A program made the position numbers and the translations under genes. Positions 60,107 through 64,000 of a DNA stretch of 64,000 bases are shown here, piece after piece. The stretch is from the human T2T-CHM13v2.0 reference genome, Homo sapiens, in assembly GCF_009914755.1 (NCBI RefSeq), contig NC_060926.1; one strand, given 5' to 3'. Each line of letters opens with the position of its first letter. Position 1 is the stretch's first letter. The notes under the pieces are model-generated. The model was not told where the DNA came from. It saw only the letters and a program-made list of their open reading frames with translations, and did no database searches.

Positions 60107-60499
60107 AAATAAATCCTATTCAAATTATGAAGACATATATGAAAGACATACAAATGTCTGGAAATTTAAAACCTTGTAATGCAGATGAGAGAATTCAATA
60201 AGAACAACAACAACAAATCTCTCAAAACTTCAGATGACTTAGAAAAAACTAACAAAGCATACAGGGGATTTTTAGACTGAATTCGCAACCTTCTCTAACA
60301 ATTTGTACTCCTTGCAAGACACGTGTTTTAAACACACAAAGAGCAATGACAAAAAATAACCATGTAATAAGTCACAAAATAAATTTCCACAAACCTCAAA
60401 ATGTTGAAATTGTAATATCATTATAAAACTAAATAAATAAGATAAAACTTTAAAAAAATGGACAATTCCCTGCCTAATTGAAATTTAGGAACATTCTTT

Positions 60500-60717
60500 T
60501 TTATTTTTTTTATTATTATTATACTTTAAGTTCTAGGGTACATGTGCATAACGTGCAGGTTTGTTACATATGTATACCTGTGCCATGTTGGTGTGCTGCA
60601 CCCATTAACTCGTCATTTACATTAGGTATATCTCCTAAAGCTATCCCTCCGCCCTCCCCTCACCCCACGACAGGCCCCGGTGTGTGGTGTTCCCCATCCT
60701 GTGTCCAAGTGTTCTCA
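60500..60717 (-). mobile_element. Short 5'-truncated L1PA (about PA4-5) 3' end
   Basis: ttatactttaagttctagggtacatgtgc...gtgttctca. TSD ttaggaaca(t/a)tcttt at 60485-60499 and 60718-60732. Confidence 0.9.
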
Positions 60718-61144
60718 TTAGGAACAATCTTTTTAAAAAGTAAATATAACTTGTTCATTGTTATTTGATTCCCTAAAGTGCTTGTCTTTCTGATCCTATT
60801 CACTTCTTCCTCTTCACTAAACAGGTATACTGACATTTTCAAAATTATTACCCTGTTTGTTTTTTAATAATGTCTTGAACATTATTAAACATGTAATAGA
60901 TACATGCATGTATCTATAAAACTATATTATATATGTTTTGTTACTTTTTTACATTTGTGCATGTTTTCTGTCTGTGTATTTTCCTCTGAATCTTTCTTTT
61001 TAATGTAAACTTTTGTTTTTAGGTTTGATTCATTTTCTTGTATAAAACTATTCACACACACTATATATAGGTATTGGTTTATATATATACTATGTATATA
61101 GGTTTATATAGTATATATATATATATACACTAGATTTTAGTTGC

Positions 61145-61432
61145 ATTTTTATTATTTTTTATTTTAATTTTAATTTTTTGTGGGTACATCGTAGGTGTAT
61201 ATATTAATCTGGTATAGAAGATGTTTTGATAAAGACATGCAATGTGAAATAAGCACATCATGGAAAATCAGGTATCCATCCCCTCAAGTATTTATCCTTT
61301 GAGTTACAAAGAATCCAGTTATACTTTTTAAGTTATTTTAAAATGTGTAATTAAGTTATTATTGACTATAGTCACCCTGTTGTGCTATCAAATAGTAGAT
61401 CTTATTAATTCTACTTTTTATGTGCCCATTAA
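61145..61432 (-). mobile_element. L1MA (about MA1-3) 3' end
   Basis: tttttgtgggtacatcgtaggtgtatatatt...gtatccatcccctcaagtatttatcc. It is homologous to 29500-29770. Confidence 0.8.
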
Positions 61433-62099
61433 GATACTTAGACACTACTCCATTTATCTGTTATCCAAAGAGTGGACACTGTTATCCAATACAAGTGGAT
61501 ACTCCATTTATCTGTTCTCCAAATAGTGGACACTTGTATCCAACAGTGGATACTTGTGTCTTCCTTCTGGTGCATACTGAATGCAGGCAAGGGAAGGTTA
61601 AAGGTAATTTAGGAGACAGATTGTTGGGATTTAGGGTCTGTACACATTTACAAGAATATGACAATTTTTCCTCAAATCAGTTTTTTTCAACTTTTACTCC
61701 CAACAATATGAGCTTCTTTTGTTTTTTAAATAATTCAAAAATTAAGTTTTCAGAGTTAAATTTGCCATCTTAATGGGTGTGAATTGTATTTTTGTGTTTT
61801 TTTATTTACTTAATTATTTAATGTCAGTTAAATTTTCACTAACATTACTAATCATTTCACATTTATTCATTATGGGTGGTTCATATCTTCTGAAATGCCT
61901 GTTTATTTCTTTTGCCTACAAATTTGTACATTGTATTATTTTTTATTTGTAGGAGATTATATGCATGTAAGTATGTAGTTATATGTCTGCATGTTTTAAA
62001 TAATAACACTTTGGTAATTATACGTGTGGCAGGTGTAAACTGCCAATGGCATTATTTGGTGTTTTCTTATGGAATATTTGAAACATTAGAACATTTTAT

Positions 62100-62340
62100 T
62101 TTTATTTTATTTTATTTGCATTATAGAAAATTTTATTTATTTATTCATTTAACCTTTATTTTAGGATCAGGGGTACATGTGCAGGTTTGTTCTTTATCCT
62201 GTCACAGGGATTTATTGTACAGATTATTTTGTCACCCAGGAACTAAGCCTAGTACCCAATAGTTCTTTTTTCTGATTCTCTCCCTCCTCCCACCCTCCAT
62301 TCTTAAGGGGGCCCCCTTAAGTAGGCCACAGTGTCTGTTG
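62100..62340 (-). mobile_element. Short older L1PA (about PA13-16) 3' end
   Basis: tcaggggtacatgtgcaggtttg...gtcacccaggaactaagcctagtacccaatag. TSD catt(a/t)gaacattttat at 62084-62099 and 62341-62356. Confidence 0.8.
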
Positions 62341-63525
62341 CATTTGAACATTTTATAATTATAATGCATCATTTTATTTATGGTTATCCTATTTTTTTAG
62401 TTAAGAAATTATTTTCTATCCTGAATTACACAATAGCTTTCTACATTTTCTTGTAAATAATTATTTTGACTTCAAATATTTCATTGTCTTAGAATTATTT
62501 TTGTGGCATTGGGTATGAGTCAATTTTTAAAACATTTTTTAGATATGAAAAATATATTTATATTGAACCATCATTTCTTTTCATCTTCTCAGATGGTACC
62601 TTTATGATCATTAAAGTTCCACATGTATGAGTGTGCATCTAGGCTCCCTACTGAGTGCCACTGGTCAATTTGTCTAGGTCTGAAATTTACATTTACTCAA
62701 TCTTCTTTCACAACGGTCTTCAGGATTATTGGCCTTTTTTCCTGCCACACAAATTTTATGTTGAATTCCATTCAAAACTCCACCAGAATTCAATGATATA
62801 GCATAAACCTGTGTGTCATTTTGATGTTTTTTACTTTGTTAAAATATTAGGTTTTTATATTTATGAAGAAATTATATTTCTGTTTACCTATGGGCTATGT
62901 AATGTATTCCTACAGTTAAATATTTTCCTCTGATAGGTTGCAAGTGTTTTATTTGATGAATTCCTTGAGTTCTTATTTATGTGGTTAAAAATTTTATTCT
63001 TTTATTCCATTTTTTAATGCTTTGTCTCTAAGCATAGAGACATAATTGATATTTGAATGTTTGTATACTGACCTTTTTGTCTCTATTTGTTATTTTATTT
63101 AACTTTAATACCTTGGTTTATTCCTTTCTGATTCTTACAAGTGTTACATTTGATTTTAATTCTTCCTAAGCACTTTAGGACCTCCCATATAATGATGAAT
63201 GGAAGTAGTCATAGCGCCTATTTTAATGTTGCTTCTGATTTTAAAAATAAAATTTTTACATTTCAGTATTAATGATACTGATATTTACTTTTTGATTTTT
63301 CCAGATGCTCTTTATTAGGATAAGGAAGTTCCTTTCTATGCACCGTTTGTCAAGAGTGTTTTAAAATCAGAAATAGTATTGAATTTTTTCACATGTATTC
63401 TCTGGAAATTCTATATTGATCAATATTTTTCCCTATATTCCTGTAATCTATTAATGTAAGGAACTATGTTGATTTAGTTTATACAAGTAAACCACCTTGT
63501 ATTCTTGAAAAATCCAACTTTATGC

Positions 63526-63552
63526 ATATATATATATATATATATATATATA
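63526..63552. repeat. (AT)n microsatellite
   Basis: atatatatat... run. Confidence 0.85.
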
Positions 63553-64000
63553 ATGCTTGATTCAATGTGCTAATATTTTATTTAGTATTTTAGAATTTAT
63601 TTTTACAGGACAATTTTGATTACAGTTTTACATTCTTTTACTGTGTCTATTTAGTTTTGTTTTGTGTTTATTTATATGATGATAAATATGAGAAAATTAA
63701 TGCTTCAATAATTAAATCTGTGGTGGCAAGTCTCATTTTTTCATAAGAATGTTCAAAAGTCCAAATGTAAATTATTTAAGTTGCATGTTATAAATAATTC
63801 ACAATTAAAATCTAAGTTGGAAGAGTCATCATTAAAGGATGCCTACCATGAGACTTTCTTAATACAAACAATTGATCCTTGATTTACCTGGTTTAAGATT
63901 GGATACTTAAAGTTTTCTTCTCACAGGAGAGTGAATCCTTTGAATTTTACATTTATATGCAACCTCCTGGAGGAAATATACTCCTGTCATAGATTTTAAG

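Larger units (their letters stand above)
61560..64000 (-). mobile_element. Highly degraded antisense L1 (L1ME-like) remnants
   Basis: T-rich sequence with antisense ORF2 vestiges (e.g. ctttattaggataaggaagttcctttctat; aaaccaccttgtattcttgaaaaatccaactt). Confidence 0.55.

Overview
AT-rich primate (almost certainly human) intergenic DNA with no credible protein-coding gene. Most of it is interspersed repeat: nested L1s, about 15 Alus, L2, MaLR/ERV1/ERVL LTRs and a 5.7-kb HERV-H provirus with LTR7Y/B-type LTRs (36170-41882). The standout is a GC/CpG-rich 1.42-kb insert (24840-26262, minus strand) inside an old L1. It has a 16-bp target-site duplication (TSD), an AATAAA signal and a poly(A) tail, and it carries a complete snaR Pol III small-RNA gene (25937-26057, probably SNAR-H). 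It also carries about 205 bp of upstream flank with CCAAT, CRE and CTCF-like motifs, and an antisense Alu. This reads as a Pol III gene moved together with its upstream regulatory flank inside a retrotransposed polyadenylated transcript. A second, easily missed retrocopy (59442-60106) joins an L1 5'UTR-like fragment to a MER51 LTR cut at its poly(A) site, with an A-rich tail and an 11-bp TSD. Repeat subfamily names come from recalled consensus sequences, not from a database search.
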